Below are positions 29,996 to 39,411 of a stretch of 64,000 nt of DNA, one piece after another (position 1 is the first letter of the stretch; each line of letters starts with the position of its first letter). The stretch is from Gemmatimonadales bacterium. GTDB lineage: Bacteria; Gemmatimonadota; Gemmatimonadetes; Gemmatimonadales; GWC2-71-9. The DNA is taken from positions 32,001 through 96,000 of the forward strand of contig JBFGJG010000006.1 of the NCBI GenBank assembly GCA_041577295.1, written 5' to 3'. The notes under the pieces were generated by a model. The model saw only the letters and a list, made by a program, of their open reading frames with translations, searched no databases and was not told the origin of the DNA. The translations under genes and the position numbers were made by a program.

Positions 29996-31075
29996 TCAGT
30001 CGCCCAAGCAGACGCCGAGGTTTCGCGCGGTTGCCACCATATCCGAGTCCAAGGGGATTTTCCGTGGTCCTTGGAGAGCCTCCTCGAGGGATACGAGCGT
30101 CACGTTCGGTGGCGCGTACGACACCATCTGGCCGAAGGCCCCGTCCGCCACCGCTTGGACTGCAGTAGCCCCAAAGCGCAACGCGAGCAGCCGGTCGAAC
30201 GTGGTTGGGAAACCGCCCCGCTGAAGGTGCCCCAACGTAATTGTACGGGTCTCCTTTCCGGTGCGCTCGGTTATCAGATCGGCAACCCGCTGACCGATCC
30301 CACCCAACCGCTCCACTCCGCCTGGCACCGCTGCCGCGTGGATCGTCCTGGCACCTTCGCTCGGCACGGCCCCTTCGGCGACGACGACGATGCTGAAGTG
30401 GCGACCCGACGCCTCGCGTTCACGGATCTTCGCGCAGACCTTCTCCGCATCAAACGGAATCTCGGGGATCAGAATCACGTCCGCGGTTCCCGCAAGGCCG
30501 GATGCCAACGCAATCCACCCGGTATCGCGTCCCATCACCTCGACGACGAGCACCCGTTCGTGGCTCTGGGCGGACGGGTGAATCTTGTCGATGGCCTCTG
30601 TGGCTGTTTGCACGGCCGTATCGAAGCCGAACGTCTGCACTGTTCCATGGACGTCGTTATCGATCGTCTTGGGCACGCCGACCGTTGGAATCCCCTTCTT
30701 CCAGAGCTGGCAGGCGATCGAGAGCGTTCCGTCCCCGCCAACGGCGATCATCGCATCGAGCGAAAGTTCTTTGAAGGATGCGACCAATTCGTCGGACCGG
30801 TCTTTTTCTGCCCACGTACCGTCCAATTGCAACATCGGCCAGCGGAATGGATTGCCGCGGTTGGTGGTACCGAGGATCGTTCCTCCGAGATGGGTGATTC
30901 CGCGCACCGTATCGCGGTCCAGCGGAACCACGCGGGCGTCGCCGAGCAGTCCCCCGAATCCTCGGCGGATGCCAAGCACCTGCCAGCCCCGATTGAGCGA
31001 GCCAAGGACGGCGGATCGAATCACGGCATTGAGTCCCGGGGCATCCCCGCCGCCCGTCATGATGGCTATGCGCAT
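29996..31075 (-). CDS. pfkA: 6-phosphofructokinase
   Basis: TGGGDAPGLN, GGTILGT, GGDGT, PKTIDND, VEVMGR, LGHLQRGG. Confidence 0.95.
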   Translation of the reverse strand: MRIAIMTGGGDAPGLNAVIRSAVLGSLNRGWQVLGIRRGFGGLLGDARVVPLDRDTVRGITHLGGTILGTTNRGNPFRWPMLQLDGTWAEKDRSDELVASFKELSLDAMIAVGGDGTLSIACQLWKKGIPTVGVPKTIDNDVHGTVQTFGFDTAVQTATEAIDKIHPSAQSHERVLVVEVMGRDTGWIALASGLAGTADVILIPEIPFDAEKVCAKIREREASGRHFSIVVVAEGAVPSEGARTIHAAAVPGGVERLGGIGQRVADLITERTGKETRTITLGHLQRGGFPTTFDRLLALRFGATAVQAVADGAFGQMVSYAPPNVTLVSLEEALQGPRKIPLDSDMVATARNLGVCLGD

Positions 31076-31091
31076 GGATTGTCGGTGGGTG

Positions 31092-31322
31092 TCAGCGTTG
31101 GAGCCCCTGGATGATAGCGAGAACTTCTCCTCGCTCTGCGTGCCGCCCCAGCTTCTTCTTGGAGAACACGAGCCGGCCGTCGATGCTCACCTCGAATCGA
31201 CCTCCTCCGCCCTGGACGAGCCGCACTTCCGCGTCGGGGTAGTGCGCTTGGATTTGCGCCGCCAAACTGGCGGCTCGCGGCTCGTAGTTTCAAACGACGC
31301 AGTATTCAATGGTTACGCGCAC
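31092..31322 (-). CDS. SelT/SelW/SelH (Rdx) family selenoprotein, 76 aa, Sec at codon 11
   Basis: GTG start: MRVTIEYCVV-U(TGA 31292-31290)-NYEPRAASLAAQIQAHYPDAEVRLVQGGGGRFEVSIDGRLVFSKKKLGRHAERGEVLAIIQGLQR. Not in the ORF track. Confidence 0.9.
31258..31274 (-). promoter_or_regulatory. Bacterial SECIS-like hairpin
   Basis: GCCGCC-AGUUU-GGCGGC beginning 15 nt 3' of the UGA, with GU in the apical loop. Confidence 0.75.
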
Positions 31323-31433
31323 GGTCGCATCCCGGCCAAGACACCTGAAAGGTAACGCGCACACGTCCAGGGCACCGCCCTACGAACGCGCTTGCCGAAT
31401 TGGGGGAACCGGCTCACGTTATCCGGCCCATTT

Positions 31434-33530
31434 ATGAACCACGCCACCCGCAGTGCTGCTACCGCCCTTCGCGCCGTCGTCTACGGCGGTGGGGCGGCGT
31501 TCGTCTTATGGGCAGCCACATCCCTGTGGCGCGAACCGGAGCTTCGAGCGGGGCCAGCACTCCTCGAACTGGTCGGACTCGTCGTGGCTGCGACGGTCAC
31601 CCGTCGGTTTGGACTGGCTCTTCCCGGTCGCGGCTTCGCCTCCTACATCCTCGCGGTCGTCCTGATCGGTTTCCTGCTCCGTGGCTGGATGTTTGCCGCC
31701 CTCGTGACGCTGGTCGGCGTGCCTCTCGGAGATCTCGTCTTCCGCCGGCGGGGCTGGGCCGGTCTCGAAACCGCCGTGCACATTGTGTTCGCCACCGGAG
31801 TTTCAGGGTGGCTGTACGCAGTGGCAGGCGGTCGGGTGGGCCCCGGGGTCATCAGCGCACCCAATCTATTGCCCCTGCTCCTCCTCATCGTGGCGTTGCC
31901 GCTCCTTGCCAACCTCACCTTCTATCTCCAGTCCACGCTGTTGGGGCAGGTTGAGTGGATCGATGCCAAGATGACGCTTCGGTGGGAGGTCGTCGTGACG
32001 GTGACCGGGTTGGCGTTCGCGGTGGGCTGGGTGACGCTGCTGCAATCGCGACCTGACGGCCTGCCAGCAGTCATAATCGCGGCACTCCTCATCGCCGGAA
32101 TCGGGATGCTCTTCTGGGTAACCCGCACCGCCGTGCACGCAGACGAGTTACGACTCGTGCATGGCCTGGCCGGAGCCGTCGCCGCCGAGGTCAGCATCGA
32201 GCGCAGTTTCGCACGGATCCAGATGATCACACGCCACCTCGTCCCTTGGGAGAACATGGGGTTTGCGCGCTACGATGCCGAGCGAGACGAGTTGGAGCTG
32301 CTCGCAGATACCGCGACAGATCAACGGTTGCGGTTCGATGCGGGCTCCGGCCTCACCGGAGAGGCAGTCCGGGCAGGTCGGCCGATCGTCGCGAGCATCT
32401 TCTCTCAATCGCGCATCACCCTTCCCGAGGGAGAAGCGCCGGGATCTGAAGTGCTCGTTCCCCTCTACCACAACGCACAACTCGTTGGAATGTGGAGCGT
32501 GCGGCATTCGGACCCGACGATGTACCGCGACGCGGATGCCGAGTTACTGAACCTGCTCGCTCAACAGCTCGCACTGTCGATTGTGATGAGCTCTCTGCTA
32601 GCTCCCATCAGCGAATCGTCTGAGCAGACAGCGAGCTACATCCGCCATCTGACCTCAACGAGCGATGTGCTCCGATCGGCTGCGCAAGCCGTTGCCCAAA
32701 CGGCAACCAACGCTGAGACCGAGGCCAAGCGCGCAGCGGTCCAGGTGGAGGAAGCCGTGCGGTCGCTGGAGCAACTGGCGGAGGGAATCGAGCTGACCAC
32801 GGCAGCCGCGGGCCAGACGCGGGAGGCCAGTCAGGCCACGGCTGACGCTGCGAGTCACGTTCAGGAAGCAAACGCCCGTACCACAGAGCAGCTGCTCCAT
32901 CTCACCCAGACCATTGCGGCGGGCTCGGCAGAGGTTGGCCGCTTACGCGATGCCGCCAACGAAGTCGAGCGTTTTGCGGAGACCATCGCCACAATCGCCA
33001 ACCAGACGAATCTGCTCGCGCTCAATGCCACGATCGAAGCGGCGAGGACGGGAATTCAAGGGACGGGGTTCGCGGTGGTCGCCGAGGAGGTCCGGAAGCT
33101 CGCGGAGCAGAGCGCGGGCACCGCTCGAGGGATGGGACGGAAGGCCGACGACACTCGGCGGGTCATCGACCGGGCGGCCAGGGTGCTGGAGGACCTTGGG
33201 CAACAGCTGAGGGAGCTCCAGGGCGCCGCTACAAAGTGGGGCGCGGAGCTCTCGAGCGTCGTCGCGTCGGCCGATGCCGCCAGGGATGCGGGTGCAAGGA
33301 TGACCGAGGTCCCGCGCCGGAATCGAGAAGTAGCTGACCGCGCGACCAAAATCCTGGCGGATGCCCAGGCTGCCGCCGCTCGATCGGCCAGTAACGCAAT
33401 CGACGTCGCGCGCGCCGCATCCGGACAATTGCGATTGATCGACGATCTACATCGGGGCGCAGCGGAACTCCGTTCCGTCGCTGAACGCCTGCGAGAAACG
33501 GGCCGAGTGGTTGGGGCCAGGGACGCGTGA
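31434..33530 (+). CDS. Methyl-accepting chemotaxis protein with multi-TM N-terminus and GAF domain
   Basis: [20 protein letters not shown]...[24 protein letters not shown]...SEVLVPL. Confidence 0.88.
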   Translation: MNHATRSAATALRAVVYGGGAAFVLWAATSLWREPELRAGPALLELVGLVVAATVTRRFGLALPGRGFASYILAVVLIGFLLRGWMFAALVTLVGVPLGDLVFRRRGWAGLETAVHIVFATGVSGWLYAVAGGRVGPGVISAPNLLPLLLLIVALPLLANLTFYLQSTLLGQVEWIDAKMTLRWEVVVTVTGLAFAVGWVTLLQSRPDGLPAVIIAALLIAGIGMLFWVTRTAVHADELRLVHGLAGAVAAEVSIERSFARIQMITRHLVPWENMGFARYDAERDELELLADTATDQRLRFDAGSGLTGEAVRAGRPIVASIFSQSRITLPEGEAPGSEVLVPLYHNAQLVGMWSVRHSDPTMYRDADAELLNLLAQQLALSIVMSSLLAPISESSEQTASYIRHLTSTSDVLRSAAQAVAQTATNAETEAKRAAVQVEEAVRSLEQLAEGIELTTAAAGQTREASQATADAASHVQEANARTTEQLLHLTQTIAAGSAEVGRLRDAANEVERFAETIATIANQTNLLALNATIEAARTGIQGTGFAVVAEEVRKLAEQSAGTARGMGRKADDTRRVIDRAARVLEDLGQQLRELQGAATKWGAELSSVVASADAARDAGARMTEVPRRNREVADRATKILADAQAAAARSASNAIDVARAASGQLRLIDDLHRGAAELRSVAERLRETGRVVGARDA

Positions 33531-33622
33531 GCTATGTCACAAGTCATTCACCACGAGCGACATGGCCATGTTTCCGTGGTTCCCAGACATTCGTGGCATC
33601 CCTCGGTTCAGGCTGGTTTGCC

Positions 33623-34999
33623 ATGCGTATCACATGCGCCCTCGGTGTCCTTACGGTCTTCGCAACCCTCCCGCTTCTGGGGCAGAACGGTCATGGTGGC
33701 CGGGTGGAGCTGGGCACGTACGGGACATTTACCCGTTATGACGCCCAGAGTCTGGATTTCGACTCGAAGCTTGGGGCCGGGGGTCGGTTGGGTCTCTTCC
33801 TCGCCCGGGGTCTTTCGATCGAGGCCAACGGTGATTTCACGCAAACCGCCGCGTCCGGAACCCAGGTCGACGTGGCCCGTGTGGGCGGAACCGTTTTTGG
33901 TCATCTGCCGCTCGCCAGCTGGAACAGTCTCTATTTCGGAGCAGGTTACGAGCGGCTGTTCTACAGAGGTGGCGTGATCGCGGACGATAACGGTGGGCAC
34001 CTCGTGCTGGGCGACCGGATGCACCTCGGCAGACGAGTGGCGCTGCGGATGGAAGGCCGAGCTGCGTACTTCCCCAGCTCCTCGGCGGGTGTTGGAGATA
34101 ACCGCGTGGTGAACTATGGGGGAGCCATCGGGCTCTCCATCTTTGCCTTTGGAGGATTTGAGCACTCGGCCCGGGACACCGATGGTGACCTCGTCCCGGA
34201 CAAGCGTGACCAGTGTCCGGCCACACCGACCGGCGCGACCGTCGACGAGCTCGGGTGCCCGAAGGACTCAGATCGCGACGGAATCTTTGCCGGACTCGAC
34301 TCGTGCCCTGACACTCCCGCAGGCGCGGTGGTCGACGCTCTCGGTTGTCCGCTGGACTCCGACGGCGACGCGGTGTTCGACGGTATCGACATCTGTCCCG
34401 GGACCCCCGCCGGCGCCGATGTGGACGAGAACGGCTGTACACAAGATGGCGATAGCGATGGGGTGCTCGACGGGCTCGATCGGTGTCCGGACACGCCCGC
34501 CGGAGCTACGGTCAACGCCGAGGGCTGCCCGACAGACTCTGATAGCGACGGAGTCTACGACGGCATCGACCGCTGTGCGGCAACACCCTCAGGTACGGAG
34601 GTAGACGACGTGGGCTGCCCAGTGCTGTTTCGAGAGGAGCGTGGCCGGGCACAGCCGCTCATCTTGCGTGGCGTCAACTTTGACGTCGGCAAGGCAACGC
34701 TGACCCCTGCGTCGTATGCAGCTCTTGACGAGGTCGCCAAGTCACTCTTGGCGCACCCGGATGTGCGCATTGAGGTATCCGGACACACAGACGCCACCGG
34801 GTCGCGCGGTCTCAACATGCGACTTTCTCTCGCCCGTGCGCAGGCGGTCATGGCGTACCTGGCACAGCGGGGCGTGGGGCATGCCCGGATGCAGGCCCAG
34901 GGCTACGGTCCGGATCGGCCCATCGCGACGAACAGTACCGCGACCGGCCGTGCCGCCAATCGTCGAGTGGAGCTTCACCGGCTCGACGGGAATCGCTAG
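33623..34999 (+). CDS. OmpA-family outer membrane protein with TSP3 repeats
   Basis: Signal peptide, beta-barrel, Ca-binding repeats, GHTDATG...NMRLSLARA...NRRVE. Confidence 0.92.
   Translation: MRITCALGVLTVFATLPLLGQNGHGGRVELGTYGTFTRYDAQSLDFDSKLGAGGRLGLFLARGLSIEANGDFTQTAASGTQVDVARVGGTVFGHLPLASWNSLYFGAGYERLFYRGGVIADDNGGHLVLGDRMHLGRRVALRMEGRAAYFPSSSAGVGDNRVVNYGGAIGLSIFAFGGFEHSARDTDGDLVPDKRDQCPATPTGATVDELGCPKDSDRDGIFAGLDSCPDTPAGAVVDALGCPLDSDGDAVFDGIDICPGTPAGADVDENGCTQDGDSDGVLDGLDRCPDTPAGATVNAEGCPTDSDSDGVYDGIDRCAATPSGTEVDDVGCPVLFREERGRAQPLILRGVNFDVGKATLTPASYAALDEVAKSLLAHPDVRIEVSGHTDATGSRGLNMRLSLARAQAVMAYLAQRGVGHARMQAQGYGPDRPIATNSTATGRAANRRVELHRLDGNR
34172..34621 (+). repeat. Five 90-bp (30 aa) thrombospondin type-3-like repeats
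   Basis: xDxDxDGxxDxxDxCxxTPxGxxVDxxGCP five times. Confidence 0.85.
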
Positions 35000-35004
35000 C
35001 GATC

Positions 35005-36363
35005 ATGCGAACGGCTCTCGAAATGCTCGGCGCGATCCTCATGGTTGCTTGCCTCGTGGCCCCGGCCACGGCGCAAGACCACGACAAGAAGCGGATTTTG
35101 GCCGTGCTGCACCACGATGATTCGCTACCGGACTATGTCGGTTCGTTTGCTACGGTGCGCCAAAAGAGCGGGGCCGCGCTCGGGAAAGTTCTGGTGCCGG
35201 CACAGGCTCCTGCCGCCGCACATCTTGCCGTGCTGCATCACGACGATGCCCGACCAAACTACATGAGTCGTTTGAATGCGGGAGCTGAAGAGCGACCTGA
35301 GCATCCTCCCGTGTCGGTGCCGCGCCCACCGGAGTTCGTGCGTGGCGTATATCTCAATGCGTGGGTCTTCGGCTCCTCTCGGCTCGACAACCTCATCGCG
35401 CTTGCGGACACGACCGAGATCAACGCGTTCGTTATCGACGTCAAGGACGCCAGCGGGTACGTCACATATCCTTCGTCCGTCCCGACGGCCATCGAGGTAG
35501 GTGCAAACGGCGAGCTGCGCGCACCAGACACACGTGAACGGCTCAATCGGCTACAGGCGCATGGGATTCATGCCATCGCACGCATCGTGGTTGCCCGTGA
35601 TCCGATCCTGGCAAAGGGCAAGCCCCAATGGGCCATCCACGACGCCCGCGGCGGGCTGTGGCGTGACGGTCTCGGCAAACCGTGGGTCGATGCGTACAAC
35701 GATTCCGTTTGGGTCTATGCAGCGGAGCTCGCTCGAGAAGCGGTGCGGATAGGGTTCGCTGAGATTCAGTTCGATTACGTGCGATTCCCGGATGAGCCGC
35801 CGCACCGTCTGGCATTGGCGGTGTATCCGGCGCGGCGCGAGGGGGAGACACAACGATCGTCACTTGCCCGGCATCTGGCGCTCTTGCGCGATCGCGTGAA
35901 GCCGATGGGGGTTCCATTCACCATCGACGTCTTTGGGTTGACTACCAGCACGGAGGGCGGGCTCGGGATTGGCCAGTATTGGGAAGATCTGATCCAGGTC
36001 GCTGATGTCGTGCTTCCAATGGTGTACCCCAGTCACTACCGACGGGGTGCCTATGGCCTGTCGCACCCCAACTCGCAACCGTACACAGTGGTGCGGCGGG
36101 CGATTGAAGACGGCATCCGCCGCGCGGCGCCATTCCCAAAGGCGGGGAAGATCCGCCCGTACCTCCAAGCGTTTACGCTTGGACGGCCCAGGTATTCGGG
36201 CGCGGAGGTCCGCGCGCAGATTGCTGCCACCGAAGACGCCGGGCTCAAGGAGTGGATCCTGTGGAATCCACGGGGCGTTTACCCCGCCGACGGCGTGCGA
36301 CGCTTCCCCGTAACGACCGGAATCACCGTCACAGCTGGAGGCGAGGAGCAGCCATTGCGGTAA
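35005..36363 (+). CDS. Putative glycoside hydrolase (DUF4015-like)
   Basis: VRGVY, INAFVIDVKD, IARIVVARD, EIQFDYVRFP, PMVYPSHY, RPYLQAF, WILWNP. Confidence 0.8.
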   Translation: MRTALEMLGAILMVACLVAPATAQDHDKKRILAVLHHDDSLPDYVGSFATVRQKSGAALGKVLVPAQAPAAAHLAVLHHDDARPNYMSRLNAGAEERPEHPPVSVPRPPEFVRGVYLNAWVFGSSRLDNLIALADTTEINAFVIDVKDASGYVTYPSSVPTAIEVGANGELRAPDTRERLNRLQAHGIHAIARIVVARDPILAKGKPQWAIHDARGGLWRDGLGKPWVDAYNDSVWVYAAELAREAVRIGFAEIQFDYVRFPDEPPHRLALAVYPARREGETQRSSLARHLALLRDRVKPMGVPFTIDVFGLTTSTEGGLGIGQYWEDLIQVADVVLPMVYPSHYRRGAYGLSHPNSQPYTVVRRAIEDGIRRAAPFPKAGKIRPYLQAFTLGRPRYSGAEVRAQIAATEDAGLKEWILWNPRGVYPADGVRRFPVTTGITVTAGGEEQPLR

Positions 36364-36427
36364 GAGGCAGTGAGGAATGACCGGTGCACTCGCCGAGCGG
36401 AGGTAGGAGGGTGGTGCGCAAAGGGAG

Positions 36428-38464
36428 CTAGGCGGTGGTGCCGACGGCCGACCCTTCCCACGCCACGATGTAACCGGCGATCGCGCTTGCCGCCGTGGTG
36501 AACGGGCTCGCGAGGTAGAGTTGTCCGGGCCCTGACCGACCCGGGAAGTTTCGGTTGATCGCGCTGATCGTGACCGTCTCCCGCTCGTACGACACGCCGG
36601 GCCCCGCATTGATGCACGCGCCACACGACGGTTCGATGAACTCCGCCCCCACCGCCTCGAAGATCTCGAGGTAACCCTGTTCCTCGCAGTACCGCTTGAC
36701 CTCCTGTGAGCCGCACTGGATATAACAGCGCACGTCGGTATGCACCCGCTGGCCGCGGTCCAACGCATCGCGGAACACCCGAGCGTACATGTCCATGTCG
36801 GACTTCTTCCCTGCGGTGCAGGAGCCGGCGTACGCGATATCCACCCGCACCGGGCCGCCAAGCTCCTCAATGAATAGCCCGTTCCCCGGATCACCCGGCA
36901 GGGCCACCATTGGCCGGAGTTCGTCTGCCTGCACTTCGATCACCATCTCGTACTCGGCGTCGGGATCGGAGTAAAGCCCCTCGAGCAATGGTCGCACACT
37001 CGAGGGATCCATGCCGCGCTCGCGAGCGAGGAACGCTACCGCTTTTTCGTCAGGTCGCACGATCCCGGTGAAAGCTCCGACCTCAGCCGCCATGTTGGTC
37101 ATCGTCGCGCGCTCGTCAATCGACAACATTTCCACAGCTTCGCCCGCGTACTCCACGATCTGGCCGATCGCGTGCCCGTTCTTGACGTAGGGTTGGCGGA
37201 GGATCTGGAGCATGAAGTCCTTCGCCGTGACATTTTCTGGCTTGCGACCGATCACACGGATTAAGACCGACGGCGGAACCTTGATTCGCACGTCCTTGGT
37301 CAGCCAAGAATTGAAGATGGCCGTGGTGCCCACACCAAACGCCACGCTGCCAATCGCGCCCGCGTGTGGCGTGTGCGAGTCGCTACCGATGATCAGATGT
37401 CCAGGCAGCGCGTGCTGTTCGAGGATCTTCGAGTGACAAATTGCCTCAGAACCACGAACCATCATGTGCGGTCCGAGGCGTGGTAGCTCACCGTACAGCT
37501 TGATCCCCTGCTGCTTGGCGAACTCTTCCTGTTTGCTCTTCAGTTCGAGCGCGACGTCGAGGAGGCCCTGCGCCTTGCGCTCTTCCGTCATGGCCAACTC
37601 GAGATACGTCAGATGGTCTCGAAAGAAGAACACCGAGTCCGCATCCACGACTTGCTCGCCCTCGCCGACAAAGTCTCGCCAAAAGATGGCCGCCATCGGC
37701 GTGACGTACTCGTGACTGAAACGGATATCCGTTCGTACGAAGCCCTCGTCGCCCGGTTGGATGTACGGGGTACCCACGGTGTCCGTCGCGAGATCGGTGA
37801 CCCAGTGGTGAGCGAGGATCTTCTCGGCGAGCGTCATCGGCCGCTTCGCAGTCTTCACGGGTGGGACACGAACTTTCCCCTGGATGCGAGCGACGTTGTA
37901 CTGAAAGAGTCCGCCGAATTCGATGATCCCCCGCGTAATCTCGCCTTCGTCTTTCGTGAACTCGGACAGAGGAATCTCCTCGCCGCGACGAAGGCGCTCA
38001 ATGAGGCGAAACTCCGTGCTGGTCAGAATCCCGATGTTCTGGCAGTTCTCTCGATAGATCCGCTCAATGCTCTCCCCAAGCACGAGGCGAATTCCCGCAC
38101 ACATCTCCGCGTATGGTGACTGCTCGCGTGACGACCCTTTACCGCGTCGCGCGCCGGCGACCGAGCACACGAACCCTCCTGCACGCACGCTGCCACGCGT
38201 GACGGGAAACTCGGTACCGGCTTTGAGACCCAAGTACGGAAATTCACCGAGGGTTTCGTCGTAGTAGTAGCAGATGTAAGCCGGGGTGATTTCGTCGGTG
38301 GAGATGTTATCACGGAGGGACGCATCCACCGGCCAGGCCAAGTCCTCGCCGGCCAACTGGCGTCGCATCAGCTCAGCGTCATCGACGAGGAACAAAACCC
38401 GTCCTTCGAAACGAACCCGGTCGGGGCGCTTCTCGACCGGTCGAGTGAGCAGCGATTCAATCAT
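36428..38464 (-). CDS. Aconitase-family dehydratase, fused small plus large subunit
   Basis: N-terminal swivel DNISTDEITP and GSSREQ; C-terminal GSDSHT, AGSCT, PSCGAC, NRNFPGR. Confidence 0.85.
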   Translation of the reverse strand: MIESLLTRPVEKRPDRVRFEGRVLFLVDDAELMRRQLAGEDLAWPVDASLRDNISTDEITPAYICYYYDETLGEFPYLGLKAGTEFPVTRGSVRAGGFVCSVAGARRGKGSSREQSPYAEMCAGIRLVLGESIERIYRENCQNIGILTSTEFRLIERLRRGEEIPLSEFTKDEGEITRGIIEFGGLFQYNVARIQGKVRVPPVKTAKRPMTLAEKILAHHWVTDLATDTVGTPYIQPGDEGFVRTDIRFSHEYVTPMAAIFWRDFVGEGEQVVDADSVFFFRDHLTYLELAMTEERKAQGLLDVALELKSKQEEFAKQQGIKLYGELPRLGPHMMVRGSEAICHSKILEQHALPGHLIIGSDSHTPHAGAIGSVAFGVGTTAIFNSWLTKDVRIKVPPSVLIRVIGRKPENVTAKDFMLQILRQPYVKNGHAIGQIVEYAGEAVEMLSIDERATMTNMAAEVGAFTGIVRPDEKAVAFLARERGMDPSSVRPLLEGLYSDPDAEYEMVIEVQADELRPMVALPGDPGNGLFIEELGGPVRVDIAYAGSCTAGKKSDMDMYARVFRDALDRGQRVHTDVRCYIQCGSQEVKRYCEEQGYLEIFEAVGAEFIEPSCGACINAGPGVSYERETVTISAINRNFPGRSGPGQLYLASPFTTAASAIAGYIVAWEGSAVGTTA

Positions 38465-38523
38465 TTCTCTCAAACATCGCGGTTCCTTTACCCCCGGGCA
38501 AGCATCCGGTACAATTCGGCGCA

Positions 38524-39411
38524 ATGCATGTTCGATGCCTAGTTTCTGCCTTCGCGGTTATCGCTGCTGGGGTTGTTCACGCGCAACAATCGGTGACCCC
38601 GAGCTCGTTCGAGCGGACCGGGGTGTTCGCGTCAGCCGAGCTCACGGAGAGCTCCGGTGTGGCCGCCAGCAGGCGGCAACCGGGTGTGTTGTGGACTCAC
38701 AACGACTCGGATCACGACCCAATCCTGTACGCAACGGATCTGACAGGTGCCCATCGGGGGGCAGTGCGGCTGGAGGTGCCTCAAGCAACGGATTGGGAAG
38801 ATATCGCCCTCGCTCCCTGTCCGGAGGGCGTCGGCGACTGCATTTACCTAGCAGACACGGGAGACAACCTCGAACGTCGGGCCCACGTCGTCATCTACGT
38901 GTTTCCCGAGCCCGAGTTATCGGCCACCGCTGCTACCGTCCCGAGCGTCCGACCCAAGATGTTGGTCGTTCGCTATCCCGATGGCGCGCACGATGTCGAG
39001 GCCATCGCCGTCTCGCCGATGGGAGAGATCTACCTGATCACAAAGGGCCGATCAGGGCACATTCAAGCATTCTGTATCACTCGCACCGACTCGATGCGCG
39101 ATACTGTCACCGCCCAACCGGTGGGCACGCTGCCACTCGGCCCCATGCGACGCATCGGTCAGATTGTCACTGGCGCAGCTATATCGAGCGACGGGCAGTA
39201 CTTTGTGATCCGGACCTATACTGAGCTGTTCTTCTACAAGCGAACCGCAAACGGTGCCTTTGTGCCGGACGGACCGGCGTGTTGGATCGGATACCAGGAA
39301 CCGCAGGGTGAGGGGATCGATTTCCTCAACCACGACACCTTTGTATTGACCAGTGAGGCGGCCTTTGGTCAGCGTGGGACGCTCTCGCGGGTGCGCTGCC
39401 CCCGACCATGA
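38524..39411 (+). CDS. Hypothetical secreted protein (beta-propeller-like)
   Basis: Signal peptide; ESSG, WTHNDS, DWEDIA, ADTGDN, DVEA, QGEGI motifs. Confidence 0.7.
   Translation: MHVRCLVSAFAVIAAGVVHAQQSVTPSSFERTGVFASAELTESSGVAASRRQPGVLWTHNDSDHDPILYATDLTGAHRGAVRLEVPQATDWEDIALAPCPEGVGDCIYLADTGDNLERRAHVVIYVFPEPELSATAATVPSVRPKMLVVRYPDGAHDVEAIAVSPMGEIYLITKGRSGHIQAFCITRTDSMRDTVTAQPVGTLPLGPMRRIGQIVTGAAISSDGQYFVIRTYTELFFYKRTANGAFVPDGPACWIGYQEPQGEGIDFLNHDTFVLTSEAAFGQRGTLSRVRCPRP

Noticed and set aside
31290..31292. TGA as a nonsense mutation (pseudogene)
   Set aside because: It falls exactly at the redox CxxU position, is followed by a SECIS-like hairpin, and the rest of the frame is intact.
30585..31355. 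Plus-strand 256-aa ORF and minus-strand ORF 31066..31293
   Set aside because: Antisense or off-frame shadows of pfkA and the selenoprotein gene.
34172..34621. CRISPR-like periodic repeats
   Set aside because: In-frame 90-bp protein repeats (TSP3) with no constant repeat/unique spacer structure and no cas genes.
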